Counted from the first letter of the whole stretch, positions 38,010-51,757 are shown. The stretch is DNA of 63,802 nucleotides, filler included, from Octopus bimaculoides (GCF_001194135.2; 6 parts of 5 records of this genome joined end to end with filler, not necessarily neighbours in it), one strand, 5' to 3'. Program-made: numbers and translations. Notes: generated by a model from the sequence alone, not told the origin.

Positions 38010-38940
38010 CGATAAGGAAATTGCTTCCAAGTGGAGCAGGAAGAAATATGAGGGAGATGACAACATAGAGAAAAGGAAATTGAACACGTAATTATAGAAA
38101 GATCAATAAATCTTCAGAGAGAGATAATAATAGTGAATGCGAAAACAAGTTTCACTTCATAGAGGAAAATATATTATCAAAGAAGAAAAGGAGCTTGTTT
38201 CAACGTTTAAATACTATGTGGATTAGGGACAGAATGAAATTAACACCTTTGGGAGGAATCGGAAGTGAAGATGTGCGTAAAGTAATAAAGACTATGAAAG
38301 TAACTACGATGAAAAATCAAATTTTGAGAATATAACAGATGGTAATAACCTCATACAATATACAGTATCTATTGCTCTCGAAATTCTTGGGCTTAAATTG
38401 TAGAGAAAAAGAAAAAAATTCCCATGGTAGAAATTAAGTTTTGAGAGTAACATGACTTGAGAGTTGAACAGATTAATAGAGATCTTGTAAGGACATATGC
38501 AATAAAGTACACATTAATTGAAAAAATTGGTGACGAGGTAAAGTATGACGGTAGACACACAAAATAACAGCTTGCTAAAAAGTGATAAAACCAGTTAATT
38601 AAGTTAATATCAGGCACGTAAAATAGATACCAACAAGTATAGACCAGTATCGCTTCAGAAACAATGAAACAATGAAAAGAAATTTTACGAACAGCGGCAA
38701 AAATGAGAATGAACATCAGGAAAATGATGAGCCAAAATCTAATGCAGCAAGTAAATGTTGTTCGGGTATCTAGAGCAAAGATGTTCAACATAAACGTGAA
38801 GCGGACCGGTTGCAGCAATTTAAAACATGATCATATAAACTTTTGAAGAAGATAAATGAAAAATATGCTAAAAACCAAAGCAACTTCGAAAGCGTTGGAA
38901 CCAATAGTGGTGAGGGACACGGGATTAAAAATCACTCAGT
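38010..38940 (+). mobile_element. Highly decayed R4/Dong-like N-terminal remnant
   Basis: Purine-rich frames resembling the PxWKRRLE...LRxDL and QYRxNxLF...FY segments of the 33-36 kb copy. Confidence 0.45.
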
Positions 38941-39444
38941 TATTCGATGCTGCATAAAGCTGGGTTTTGCAGACTGTTTAGGAAATGGAACACCAAGGTG
39001 ACTAAAAGAAAATAGAGGAATGTAAACAAAGAAACAGGAAGAGAATGGTGAGAACTTCATTACATGCTTAGCATGAAATAGACATATGCCATCTCCAGAT
39101 ATTATTGGTCTCAGATGGAAGAACTCTGATACTGATGTACGGTTTGACATGGTTGTAGGTATTGTATGTGTATGATACGCCAAATGACCATATAACGTCA
39201 AATATCACAACTGATCATATCTTTAGCACCAATATATATATATGCATACATTCACACATACATACATACACACATGTATATATATATATGTATATAGTGA
39301 AGTGTATTGCCACTTAAGTGTGGCTGACCCCTAGGGGTGGATGTTACTGTTGCTTTAGCCCCAGGAGGACATCTCCTCCAGCTGGCTTACACTTCACTTT
39401 ATCGTGCAGTTACTGTTAATACTTCATTTAGAGAATTAACATTG

Positions 39445-39539
<95 letters not shown>

Positions 39540-40349
39540 TGATATTAATATCAATGGCATGGGATATCTTGCCACTCAGTAGTGTTTAATTCCACTTTTT
39601 GTTCTTAGTTGAATTGATGCACGTCCTAGTAGCAAAAATTATATTAGAAGTTTCTTTGATAATCTTATGAGCAGGTATCATCATAAAATATTGTAATATA
39701 ATATATTGAACGGTATTCTCTGCCAGAGCAGTGTCCGTTGTAACAATAGACAGACAGCAACGTGTCATACTACGTCTCTGAAAATATATTTTTGATGAAT
39801 TATACTCTTGTCAAATTCATTCCATGATTTTGTTACAGGACAGTGAGATACGCCTATAGATTTTAGCACATGCTCTGTTCCCTCCTTTATGGTTTCGGCA
39901 TATAATTCCCTACCTCAATTTTCTTGGGACCTTACCATTTGCAATGGAGCTCTGAAAAAGAAGCTGCAGTGATTTTACAAATGCTCGTTTGCATGATTTG
40001 AGAATGATTGCTGTGAAAGGAAGATAGCGGTAACTTGTTTGGGAATTTACTGTACATTTTTCACTTTGGCTTAGTGGTTAGGGTGTTGCACTCACGATTG
40101 CGAGATCACAGGTTCGATTCTCAGACCAAGCTTTACGTTGTGTTTTTGTGCAAAACACACCGTTTCAAGTTACGCTATGATCATTTCGTCATCTGGCATG
40201 TGGCACACGCTGCACTTGGACAGGTACTACCGATTTACTGGAGGGAATGGCCTTATGTGTAGACATACATTTGATCACTGTAAAAAAATAATCTGTTTGG
40301 CAAGAAATCACTAGACTCTAATACGTCATCTAATAACGAGAGTCCATTG

Positions 40350-40389
<40 letters not shown>

Positions 40390-40397
40390 TATATATG

Positions 40398-40438
<41 letters not shown>

Positions 40439-40805
40439 TTCTGCACGCGCATGTATGTGTGTGTTTGTGTGTGTGTGGCTGTGTGTAGAAGGTTGAACAG
40501 AAACACACAAGTTGATAGGTATAAGGAAATTAAACCAAGGTAGAATATGCAAAATTAAGTTTATCACATGTATATGGTTACATATATACGTGGGAGTCCA
40601 TGCGAGTGTAAGTGAGCATATGCATATATAGCATATATGTATTTTAGACGTACATTTGAATATAACTGTGCGCGCGCGTGTGGATTTCTATACGTATACA
40701 TGCATGGTTGCATATATATGTGCATCTATTTGACATATGTTTGGGTGTGCAGGTGTGTGTTTCATGTGAGCTGAGTGAACATATGCATATAGGCACATGG
40801 AAAGG

Positions 40806-41470
40806 GATGTGCGTGTGCGCATGTGTATGTATGTATGTACGTGCTCGCACACGCGATTGCCATGAGCTTTTTTACTCCTTTACTTTTCAATTCTTCCCCT
40901 TCGGTTTTTTCCCCTTATTTAACAGTTATTCTAATAGTTCTTTTGTCTTAATAACTGTCATTTACAAGGTAATTTCCCTTTGTTTAATGGTCATTTTCAT
41001 AGCATATTTTAATTGTCTCGATAACTGAAGAGATGCCGGTGCAGGTTTCCGCCATGACATCCGGAACACGGAATTTTATTATGGCAATCGAATAATTGTC
41101 ACATATTNNNNNNNNNNNNNNNNNNNNNNNNNNNNNNNNNNNNNNNNNNNNNNNNNNNNNNNNNNNNNNNNNNNNNNNNNNNNNNNNNNNNNNNNNNNNN
41201 NNNNNNNNNNNNNNNNNNNNNNNNNNNNNNNNNNNNNNNNNNNNNNNNNNNNNNNNNNNNNNNNNNNNNNNNNNNNNNNNNNNNNNNNNNNNNNNNNNNN
41301 NNNNNNNNNNNNNNNNNNNNNNNNNNNNNNNNNNNNNAACTATTAGAATAACTGTTAAATAAGGGGAAAAAACCGAAGGGGAAGAATTGAAAAGTAAAGG
41401 AGTAAAAAAGCTCATGGCAATCGCGTGTGCGAGCACGTACATACATACATACACATGCGCACACGCACAT
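40806..41470. repeat. Exact ~133-bp inverted repeat (40806-40939 vs 41338-41470) spanning a gap
   Basis: gatgtgcgtgtgcgc...ttattctaatagtt is the reverse complement of aactattagaataac...gcgcacacgcacatc. Confidence 0.9.
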
Positions 41471-41543
41471 CATTATTATGATTGACCGTTGACTGAACAC
41501 TATTCAATTTTTTTTCTCCGTGTTTTTCTCCTTGTCTCCGTAT

Positions 41544-41580
41544 TCTTTCTGTTGAAGAGCGTAGCTCGAAACGTCAAAGA
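41544..41580 (+). ncRNA. Minimal hammerhead-like motif with a CUGUUGA core variant, in a pLTR-like segment (~41470-41670)
   Basis: ucuuu-CUGUUGA-a-gagc(gua)gcuc-GAAAC-GUC|aaaga: perfect 5-bp stem I, 4-bp stem II, GUC triplet, palindromic ACGU stem III; A6 replaced by U. Confidence 0.6.
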
Positions 41581-41670
41581 CTTTCCGTATTCCCGAGCGT
41601 CATACTAATATATACTTTTGTTATTTACACCACCTGTCCTCGTCTGTTGTTATTTTTTGTATATTCTCCC

Positions 41671-41702
<32 letters not shown>

Positions 41703-42100
41703 ATATATTTGTATATATATATGCATGTATGTATGTATGTATGTATGTATGTATACACACACGCATGACCATATATATATCTACATACAAACACATATCT
41801 ATATATTTTTATACATATACATCCATGTATTAATTTTATAGAGTTATTTATTCATTTAATTACATTTTTGTTAATATATTTTGTAACATACACGCGCATT
41901 CCTATGATGCTATATACAAATATATATAAACATACACACATACGACTGGATATCGTACGAAACTGGAAGTTGATTAGACTTCATAAAACATGTTATATAA
42001 ACCATAGAATTGGTAGGATTGTACATTGTTCGTGGTCAATAATAATATAGATGACATATTATATAAGATAAAGTTATATGGAGTATGTATTCCTAGAGTA

Positions 42101-42142
<42 letters not shown>

Positions 42143-42348
42143 ATCAGTCTCATCCGGTTCTTCATGTGTAGTTTGTAATTGTTAGGTGTTGTTCATGTCG
42201 TACTGCGTGAAGGCGTATTTATTCGCGTGCATGTATCTGGGCACTCACTCAGAAAATCGATTTATAATCGACACGTACGTGTGTGCGTATATATATGTGT
42301 GTGTGTGTGCGTGTATGTCTGTGTGTATGTGTGTGTGCATGTGTGTGC

Positions 42349-42389
<41 letters not shown>

Positions 42390-42489
42390 CTATCTAAACA
42401 ATGTAGTTGTGTAAAACCAGACGACGCGAGAAAGTAGAAAGTAATCTACAAATTGAAAAGAAAGCAACAAACTTGCAGCTTTACCTTGT

Positions 42490-43230
42490 ATTTCTATATT
42501 TCGGTGTGAAGACTCCTTCTTGAGGACATTCGGAAAAGTGGTGGTTCGAAAAAGTTTGCTGCTCAAAGGTGTGTAGTGGGGAGTGACAAAATAGAAGGGA
42601 GGTGACATGCGCGAACAGTTATTTTTCTACCAAGCAGTCTGCTTCATGTAGTTCTTTCCTGTTGTTAATTAATGGTTTCAATTTGTTTATAAGGAGATTT
42701 CCCCTGTTGCGGTGCCTTAATGGAAACTGAATTTACGGTCTTGGCTCTTCTTGAAGTGTTTCTTTATAGCAGTGTCTGTCTGAATATGCTCCTTTATTGC
42801 AGACTACCTCGTGTACTACATACGCCCTTGAGCATGTTTTGATGTCGATGCTCTCTGTAGAGTTTTTTTCTGGAGAGAACTTTCCTCAGGGTTGGACCCG
42901 TGTGTGGCAGATGTATATTAAGTTCTTTCTGCGAATGGCATGTTGGATCGCTGAAATTGTTCTGTCGGCCAAGTAAGGCAGTATAAGGAAGCATTTTTCT
43001 GATATGATGTTATGTTTGTTTTTATTGTCTACCCGCTTTCGTGCTTCACAGATGCAGTCGTTTAGCTGTGGATGGCGGACAGGCATTGTGCGCTATGTTC
43101 CTGAAGAAGCGCTTGATGTTGGTGGCTTTTTTGGTTACTTCACTGCATCTGTCTCTTGTGCGTGTTATTTCATTCTGTATGCATGCAGTCCGTGAAACAA
43201 TCCCCCGGCCGAGAAGTTGTCATCGGTGAC
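42490..43230 (-). mobile_element. Decayed PLE 3' part (C-terminal/GIY-YIG-like region plus a hammerhead remnant)
   Basis: KCFLILPYLAD...HTGPTLRKVLSRK...CSRAYVVHEVVCNK, followed by CUCAAGA-aggag...cacc-GAAA at 42491-42530. Confidence 0.5.
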
Positions 43231-44493
43231 TGGTGGCTGAATCTACCTACACCCCTGGGTGTTTTAGATAACGAACAAGAATTTCTGCCACAGCGTCTGC
43301 TAAAAGATAGCTATCACCACTTAATATGATGCGCACTTGGTGTTTTTAGAACATTAATCCCTACAAATTTGTTTCTAAATAGAAAACTATTTTCTATACA
43401 TTTTATCACATTACAGACAGAGCAAGATACACCTTATATAGAAAAATCACTAAGACATCCAATCTATTTTGGATGTTTATTATATTAAAATACAGAAACA
43501 TTAATTTGGAATTAAAGGTTTCAGATCTTCAGAAGATACGAAAATAGAAAACGAAGCAAATACAACATATCTAAAAGTTGACGTATTGACCTGTAAAGTA
43601 ATGGAGAGAAGTGAAAAAACGTCAGTTTTGCTATAATGAATATATTTTGAAGTTTGCGTTCGTAATCATCTACAATTTAGACCGATAATTCTAATTATGT
43701 AACAATGACATTTCATACATCATTATGTTACAAAGCAAAATTATTTCACACTCTCTTCCATTACCTCTTCGCTTGTCAATTGGTTGGAATTTGATTTCAA
43801 GATTCAACTATATCTAGAAAATGAAGTTATAAAACTATGAGTTTGGCTGTTTACAATTCTCAGCACATATATTCACAGGTATGGCATTGCTAAAAAGATT
43901 AAATTAATAGATAACATAATGTCTACGTATATAGTTCATTGGTCATTGTAACTAAATATATGATGAGAAAATATATGAGTGAATTCTATTCTAATTTTCA
44001 TGTGCACACACACTCGTGAGAAGACAACTTAGACTGTTCGTCAAGTGTATTCCATCACATTAGCGCCGTATAACCTCAATGATTCTCTTAGTAAATATGC
44101 ATACACGGAAATTTATTGGATTCGAAAATAATTTTATTTAGAGATCAACTACACTAAGGTTTCTAACACATATTGACGCTTTTCGAGAGTTCTTTTAGCG
44201 GACTCAAACATGATTTTTATAATTCGGAATGATATCTTCATGAAATATTTCAGGCGTCATCGTATGTCCTGCTTCAGTAATTCTCTAAAGTGTTAAGATG
44301 CTCTCAATACTATTATCACTGCAATCCTAAATATATTTCATTTATCTATGTATCAGCTGTTTTAATATTCAGGGTAACGAGTGAGTTGTCCTAAAGGCGC
44401 TATTCCGCAGCGAACCAGTGAGCGTACCAAACGCATACAATGAGTAATTGCAGTCGATAATGTTCACAACACTAGCTCTGCTTTTAATTCGTT

Positions 44494-44524
<31 letters not shown>

Positions 44525-44648
44525 NNNNNNNNNNNNNNNNNNNNNNNNNNNNNNNNNNNNNNNNNNNNNNNNNNNNNNNNNNNNNNNNNNNNNNNNATGC
44601 AGACATACAGACAAACAGACAAACAGACATACAGACAAACAGACAGAC

Positions 44649-44701
<53 letters not shown>

Positions 44702-45179
44702 TTTCTATAATTGAAGAACTATTGTTGCTGAATACTATAGAGTGAATGAATTGTATACCCCAGTTCTTAGTCTTCCATTTAAAATTGGCAAAATTTGCTC
44801 TCTAGCAAATATGTACACGCCACCGTTTCATCAACGTTTTTCACCAAAAACACATATTGCTTGGTTAGTTGAAAAATTTCAATGACAAATTTTTACTTCT
44901 AAATGGAAATTCGCAGCAATTACTGTGCAATAAACGTTCTCCTTTATTTTAAAAGGTGTAAAAAAATCCATTTCTTCTCAGTGCCAAAGTAACGATTCTG
45001 AGATGGTGAGATTGAAACAGTGAACCATTTCATCTCTAGATGTAAAGTTTGAATACCAATAGAGCATGAATAAAATCATGACGGATTTGGTCAATATTCT
45101 CACTGGTCCTTATGTCGGCAAAATAAAATCGAATCAGTTGACAAGTGGTATAATCATTATACTGACGCTGTAAGTAAGG

Positions 45180-45520
45180 AAATAAATGTAACGATCCTTT
45201 GGCTCTTTCAAATGCATATAAAGAGAATGAACGAAGCTAATGAGCCGGATATTGTAGTAAAAGATTAAAATAGTATAATGTGTATACTAGTCGGTATGAG
45301 TATCCCTTGGATCATAATATTTTGGTAAAATAATTTCACAAACCCAGAAAATATATAGTCTTGCTCACTGAAATCGAAAATAAAGTGGCATATCAAGGAT
45401 ATTATAATACCAGTGATTGAAGGAGAACTTGGAATGATAAATAAATGAACAGAAAACTATTTGAGAACTATCCCTGTCTTACCACCCCTGCAAGATATGC
45501 AAGCACGTACAGAGAAGAGA
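45180..45520 (+). mobile_element. Decayed R4/Dong-like REL 3' fragment
   Basis: VTILWLFQMH...EANEPDIVVKD*NSIMCILVGMSIP, homologous to the 37255 fragment. Confidence 0.55.
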
Positions 45521-45744
45521 ACTGTTGCGGTTAGAACGATTACTGTCCATGCAAATAGTCTTTTTCTGAATAAATCTATTTGTTATTACAAATGAACGAC
45601 CTAACTAGATTATCTTAATGACCTATCAATGTAGACAGTGAATTTATTGCCCTTGTGTCGAAAAGACACTCGGCAAGAAATGGAAAAAATTGAAGAAAGG
45701 AGATTTACTGATTGCCTTACTATAACTTAAAGAAATGGTGATTA

Positions 45745-45778
<34 letters not shown>

Positions 45779-46132
45779 GTGAGAGAGCAGTACATGCCAA
45801 CAAAGTGATACTGGGGTAAAATATGCGAAGCCCAATATACACATCATGAATACCTGTCTGATAAGGGTACACCAGGCACATGCATCACAACCATATGTGC
45901 GTGACATGGTGATCTCATATCAAGATAAACAGCGCATGACCTCGCAGGTGGGGCCTAGTTAGAATTTTCTTCAGGCCGAGTAGCCCATCCCGCTCAAAAG
46001 GTCCCTGAATAAGGGTTGTTTAAGGATGTTGAGCAAAACACCCATGTTTCCAAAGGTGAATTATTCAAAGCCCAAAGAATTCTTCTCAACACATGGCTAT
46101 GATGCGCCACCACTACTTCTGCTCATAATCAG
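45779..46132 (-). mobile_element. 5'-truncated copy of the 36494-37042 repeat
   Basis: Its reverse complement aligns to ~36700-37042 and shares the terminus gcatg(c/t)actgctc; flanked by (ATT)n. Confidence 0.8.
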
Positions 46133-46133
46133 A

Positions 46134-46193
<60 letters not shown>

Positions 46194-46321
46194 CATTATT
46201 ATTATTATTATTATCATTATTNNNNNNNNNNNNNNNNNNNNNNNNNNNNNNNNNNNNNNNNNNNNTTAATTAATTAANNNNNNNNNNNNNNNNNNNNNNN
46301 NNNNNNNNNNNNNNNNNNNNN

Positions 46322-46368
<47 letters not shown>

Positions 46369-46908
46369 GTGCGCGTCAGAAATATAAAGTTAAAACTTAC
46401 TTGCAAATGGACGCGTGGCGTTCGATAATATAATAATACAAATGATATGTGAGCATATGCATACATACATACATAGTACATACCTATATAGATACATACA
46501 TATGTACATACCTACATCTACATGTATACATCTACATATATATATACATATGTACATACCTACATCTACATGTATATATAGATGCATATCCGGGTACAGG
46601 ACATCAAAAAAATCCGGACAAAAAAGGAACGGGAACATAAGCAAAGCACAAAAAAACGAAGTTTTTTTAACGGAACGCAAAACATCCAGACAGTTAGGTG
46701 ATACAAAAAAGCAACAACAAAACATCCAGACGGACGATACAAAGAAAACAAGGACGGGTCATTCGGATTTTTCTTTCCTCAGTCGAGTTCTAGATTATCT
46801 TTGCAATTTCGGCTGGTTATACGCGAGATTGTTCCAATCTGCCCAGCCTCAAGGAAAAACTAAGCTAAGATTCCTTGGAAGAAAGCAGCGAATGTATTCA
46901 TTTTAGAA

Positions 46909-47130
46909 AGGAACCAGTTTCCCATTCGCCTATCACAATGATAGACATTTGATAAAGTGGGGCTGTTCTTGCCTGAATCTGTATTCGGCTATGGTCAGCT
47001 ATATGTTGCATTCTCAAGGGCTCGCAAATTATCTGATGTGAGGGTTAAAGTCATTAACGCTGACAAACAACGGAAATAAAGAGTGAGAAGTTAAACGAAG
47101 AACATAGTCTGCAAAGAAGTATTGGATTGA
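46909..47130 (+). mobile_element. Helitron-like Pif1 helicase C-terminal fragment
   Basis: QFPIRL..(deletion)..FDKVGLFLPESVFGYGQLYVAFSRAR...TKNIVCKEVLD*, matching the QFPIRL...VFSHGQLYVALSR...TxNIVYKEVL end of RepHel helicases. Confidence 0.75.
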
Positions 47131-47846
47131 AAGGTGTATGCAACTCGAAACGTATTTTGGCTCTGACCATTGCTTTGGCTTATAAGTTACCAACAATGTG
47201 GTTTTCAGAGTATGCCATGTTGCATTGAATTTTTAACCCCATGAAATTGTGCCCCTTATATTTCACATATGAAGTTATGAAGCTTTTGTTTTCTAGATAT
47301 GAAATTGTGACCATGTAAATTTTAAAATGTATTTTTTTCTGTTTATGGGGAAAATGGAAAAATAAGAGTGAATATTTATTTTTATGAGTGCTGTGTATTA
47401 AGTCTATAAAATTGTACATAAAGTATATANNNNNNNNNNNNNNNNNNNNNNNNNNNNNNNNNNNNNNNNNNNNNNNNNNNNNNNNNNNNNNNNNNNNNNN
47501 NNNNNNNNNNNNNNNNNNNNNNNNNNNNNNNNNNNNNNNNNNNNNNNNNNNNNNNNNNNNNNNNNNNNNNNNNNNNNNNNNNNNNNNNNNNNNNNNNNNN
47601 NNNNNNNNNNNNNNNNNNNNNNNNNNNNNNNNNNNNNNNNNNNNNNNNNNNNNNNNNNNNNNNNNNNNNNNNNNNNNNNNNNNNNNNNNNNNNNNNNNNN
47701 NNNNNNNNNNNNNNNNNNNNNNNNNNNNNNNNNNNNNNNNNNNNNNNNNNNNNNNNNNNNNNNNNNNNNNNNNNNNNNNNNNNNNNNNNNNNNNNNNNNN
47801 NNNNNNNNNNNNNNNNNNNNNNNNNNNNNNNNNNNNNNNNNNNNNN

Positions 47847-47888
<42 letters not shown>

Positions 47889-48099
47889 GTATTTTAATAA
47901 TCATCGTATTCCAATTTCCTTCAGTTTTCTATGATTAGCAGATGAACAACTATCTTTTGATATAGACACAAAACAGGCGACGCTTTCAGGTTTTTAGGAT
48001 AAAGTTTTCAGGAATAACCCAATAGGTTTACTGTTAATTCTGTGAAATATTCACGGGTTCTGCTAGTACACATTATAGTACTGAAGGGTCATTAATCAA

Positions 48100-48132
<33 letters not shown>

Positions 48133-48479
48133 TGTATGTATGTATGCATGTATGTATGTATGTATGTATGTATGTATGTATGTATGTATGTATGCATGTA
48201 TGTATGTATGTATGTATGTGTGTATGAATGCATGTATGTATGTATGTATGTATGAGGGGTTCTTGAAAAATTCCTGGCTGTAAGAGCATGGCGAAATCCT
48301 GGCTGGAGACCCAACCTTCCGCAATATTTTACAAGGCTTAGAAAAACTGAAGGACCTCTGTATGTATGTATGTATGTACGTATGTTTGTATGTACGTATG
48401 TATGTATGTATGTGTGTATGTATGTATGTGTGCCCGACGATCTAATGAGACACTATCAATTCGATCTCTGTGAGAGAGT

Positions 48480-48850
48480 AAGGCTATGGTAGATCTGGCA
48501 GCCCGGAAGCTCTTCAGATGGTCAGTGAATAAATCAGAAAAGAATGAGAAATTTAAAGTGGTGAAGGAAATAGTTGTTGACGGCCGTTGAGATATTCGAA
48601 GTTAGAGAAGTTTAGAGCTGCCAGTTGATTGTATAAGAAAGAGTGTTTCCTTTTTTCTAGTATTAGGACATGATTCCATAGATTAACCAGCTTCACGTAC
48701 ATAGAGAAAGACTGAAGCATTCCGTTAGGTTTTAAAAATTGCGCTGGTTTCTGAAGCAATGTTTATTTTTGCATGAAAATGTTGAAAACACCTGTTTACT
48801 TGTTGAGCTGGAGCGATTTGAAGAGTTGATGATCTTCCATAAAAATAATG
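48480..48850 (-). mobile_element. CR1/L2/I-like LINE RT N-terminal remnant
   Basis: CFSLSLCT*SW...KKGNTLSYTINWQL*TSLTSNIS, a decayed KKG...NYRPISLTS motif. Confidence 0.45.
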
Positions 48851-49208
48851 GAACTTCTCCATAACCAAAGGTGTTACAGCCACGATTATCCTAACCTTCG
48901 TCACACATGTTATTTAATGTGTCCACTTTTTCTGAGTCTAATTACCATACTGACTCTTAATTTGAGGCTTTGTTATACTTAGTAAATGTATTCATGTGAT
49001 GATGAGACTGTTGATGTGCAGAAATTTAAATTGGAAGTTGTTAGTGGTGTGAGGTAGCATCGTCATTGTATTCGTTGGTGAGTTATACTCGTTGTTGAGA
49101 TGTGTTTATGTCTACATTATCTAATTTATTCTTCCTTTTTTAAACAGAAAACGATACGGTGTGTTTGGAGAGGAATATTCACTACCGCTATTTGTTGCAG
49201 GTTGAGGA

Positions 49209-49286
<78 letters not shown>

Positions 49287-49793
49287 ACACACTCACTCAC
49301 ACACACACACGCACACATGCGCGCACACATGCACACACACAAGCACGCACACATGCGCACACACATGCACACACACATGCACACACACATGCACACGTGC
49401 GCTCACACACGCATGCACACGCGCGCTCACACACACTTCCACTAACATACATGTAGGGGCTTCTCTCATACGCACACAAGCATACATACACGTTGAGACC
49501 TCTGTATCTCTTTCACATACACATACATCCGCACAACAAACCTATACACGCACACAAACATACACACAAACACAGACACGCAGAGGCTTCTTTCACATGC
49601 ACACACAGACGTAGAAGCCTTTCTGTCTAACTGTTTTTCTCTTTCACACGCATATACACATTCACACGTACATGTACACACACACATTCGTAGGGGCCTT
49701 CACGTTGCTTCATATTCAAGAATTTGCTTGCGTTTAAGAGAGAATGGTTGAGATGACGTAAAACGTGTCGCCTTATCACCATTGAGTACTACC

Positions 49794-50176
49794 TGTTGGC
49801 ACTTCGTCGCTTACTACGACGAGGGTTCCACTCGATCCGATCAACGGAACAGCCTGCTCGTGAAATTAACGTGCAAGTGGCTGAGCACTCCACAGACACG
49901 TGTACCCTTAACGTAGTTCTCGGGAATATTCAGCGTGACACAGAGTGTGACAAGGCTGACCCTTTGAATTACAGGCACAACAGAAACAGGAAGTAAGAGT
50001 GAGAGAAAGTTGTGGTGGAGGAGTACAGCAGGGTTCGCCACCATCCCCTGCCGGAGCCTCGTGGAGCTTTAGGTGTTTTCGCTCAATAAACACTCACAAC
50101 GTCTGGTCTGGGAATCGAAACCGCGATCCTATGACCGCGAGTCCGCTGCCCTAACCACTGGACCATTGCGCCTCCA
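49794..50176 (-). mobile_element. SINE family B, full length
   Basis: Reverse complement of 5825-6206. Confidence 0.9.
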
Positions 50177-50762
50177 CACTGAGTACTACAGAAGAAGAAG
50201 AAGAAGAAGAAGAAGAAGAAGAAGAAGAAGAAGAAAAAAGAAAGAGAACGATAGAGACATATGAGTCAACGAAGGACCTCTCCAAGGTCGTTAGAGACGT
50301 ACAGGAAGCAGCAAACCTCAAATAATAAAATAGATATTGTGAGTCTTGATCATGTACGAAACTAAACTAGAAACAGCGTTTAAAGGATAGGCGCAAATGA
50401 CATAAGAGAAGAAATAAGCGATTATATTGAGGATGTTCGCTAATAATGCTTCGTTTTTTTAACAATAATAATATCAAACAATTACGTCATCATTAATTTC
50501 TCAGAAACTTTGGGCGTATTCACACACACACACACGTACGCACGCACACACACACATACATATACATACATACATACATACATACATACATACATACATA
50601 CATACATACATACATACATACATACATTGAACTGAGTCATCAATTTGTTTTCCTTTTTGATTCTTTATTGAGTGGTCTGTTCTCTATTGAAAAATACATG
50701 AATGACACAGCTTCCTGTTCTCCCACACACTAAATATCATTATCTTAATTAGTTACATTAAG

Positions 50763-51480
50763 TAGGGCAGTGAGCTGACAGAATCGTTAGCACGCTGGGG
50801 AAATATGCTTGGCAGCATTTAGTCCGTCTTCGCGTTCTGAGTTAAATTTGCGCTAAGGGTCTACATTGCCCTTCATCCCTTCAGGGTCGATGAAATAAGT
50901 ACTAGTTGAGCACTGGCATCGATGTAATCGTCTAACCCCCTCCCCCGAAATTGCTGGCGTTGTGCCAAAATTTGAAATCATTAATTACGTTATCTTATGT
51001 GAATCCTTGAACGAATTTTGATTGGAGTGGCATTATTATAATACCTGTAAGGCGGTGAGCTGGCAGAAACGTTAGCACGCCAGGTGAAACGCTTAGCGGT
51101 ATTTCGTCTGTCTTTACGTTCTGAGATCAAATTCCGCCGCAGTCAGCTTTGCCTTTCATCCTCTCGGGGGTCGATAAATTAAGTACCAGTTACGCACTGG
51201 GGTCGATGCAATCGACTTAATCCCTTTGTGTGTCCTTGTTTGTCCCCACTCTGTTTAGCCCCTTGTGGGCAGTAAAGAAATAGGAAATGTTAGCAAGCCG
51301 GGCGAAATGCTTAGCGGTATTTTGTCTGTCTTTACGTTCTGAGTTCAAATTCCGCCGAGGCGGACTTTGCCTTTCATCCTTTCGGGGTCGATGAATTAAG
51401 TACCAGTTGCATACTGGGGTCGATCTAATCGACTGGTCCCCTCCCCCAAAATTTCAGGCTTTGTGCCTAGAGTCGAAAAT
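50763..51480 (+). mobile_element. SINE family A cluster: monomer 50763-50985 and dimer 51051-51480
   Basis: Repeated head/body motifs; dimer junction at ~51283. Confidence 0.9.
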
Positions 51481-51702
51481 ATTATTATAATATCTGTGCA
51501 GTTCAACAAAAGAGACCGATAGAATAAGTACTAGGCTTACAAAGAATATGTTCTGGGGTGGAGATTTGTTCGAGTAAAAGGCGGCGCTCCAGCATGGCCG
51601 CAGTCAAATGAATAAAGCAAGTAAAAGAATAAAACGATCTAGCTAAGGGTTTATGTGTGTGTGCGCGCGCATGTGTATGTGTGTGCACAACCACAACAAT
51701 TA

Positions 51703-51739
<37 letters not shown>

Positions 51740-51757
<18 letters not shown>

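Noticed and set aside
49100-49614. His/Thr, Cys/Val, poly-Ile, poly-Asn, poly-Ser and Leu/Ser-rich ORFs (also 9164-9682, 32520-32945, 36916-37258, 54752-55055, 56823-57608)
   Set aside because: Translations of microsatellites and low-complexity DNA; no domain signal.
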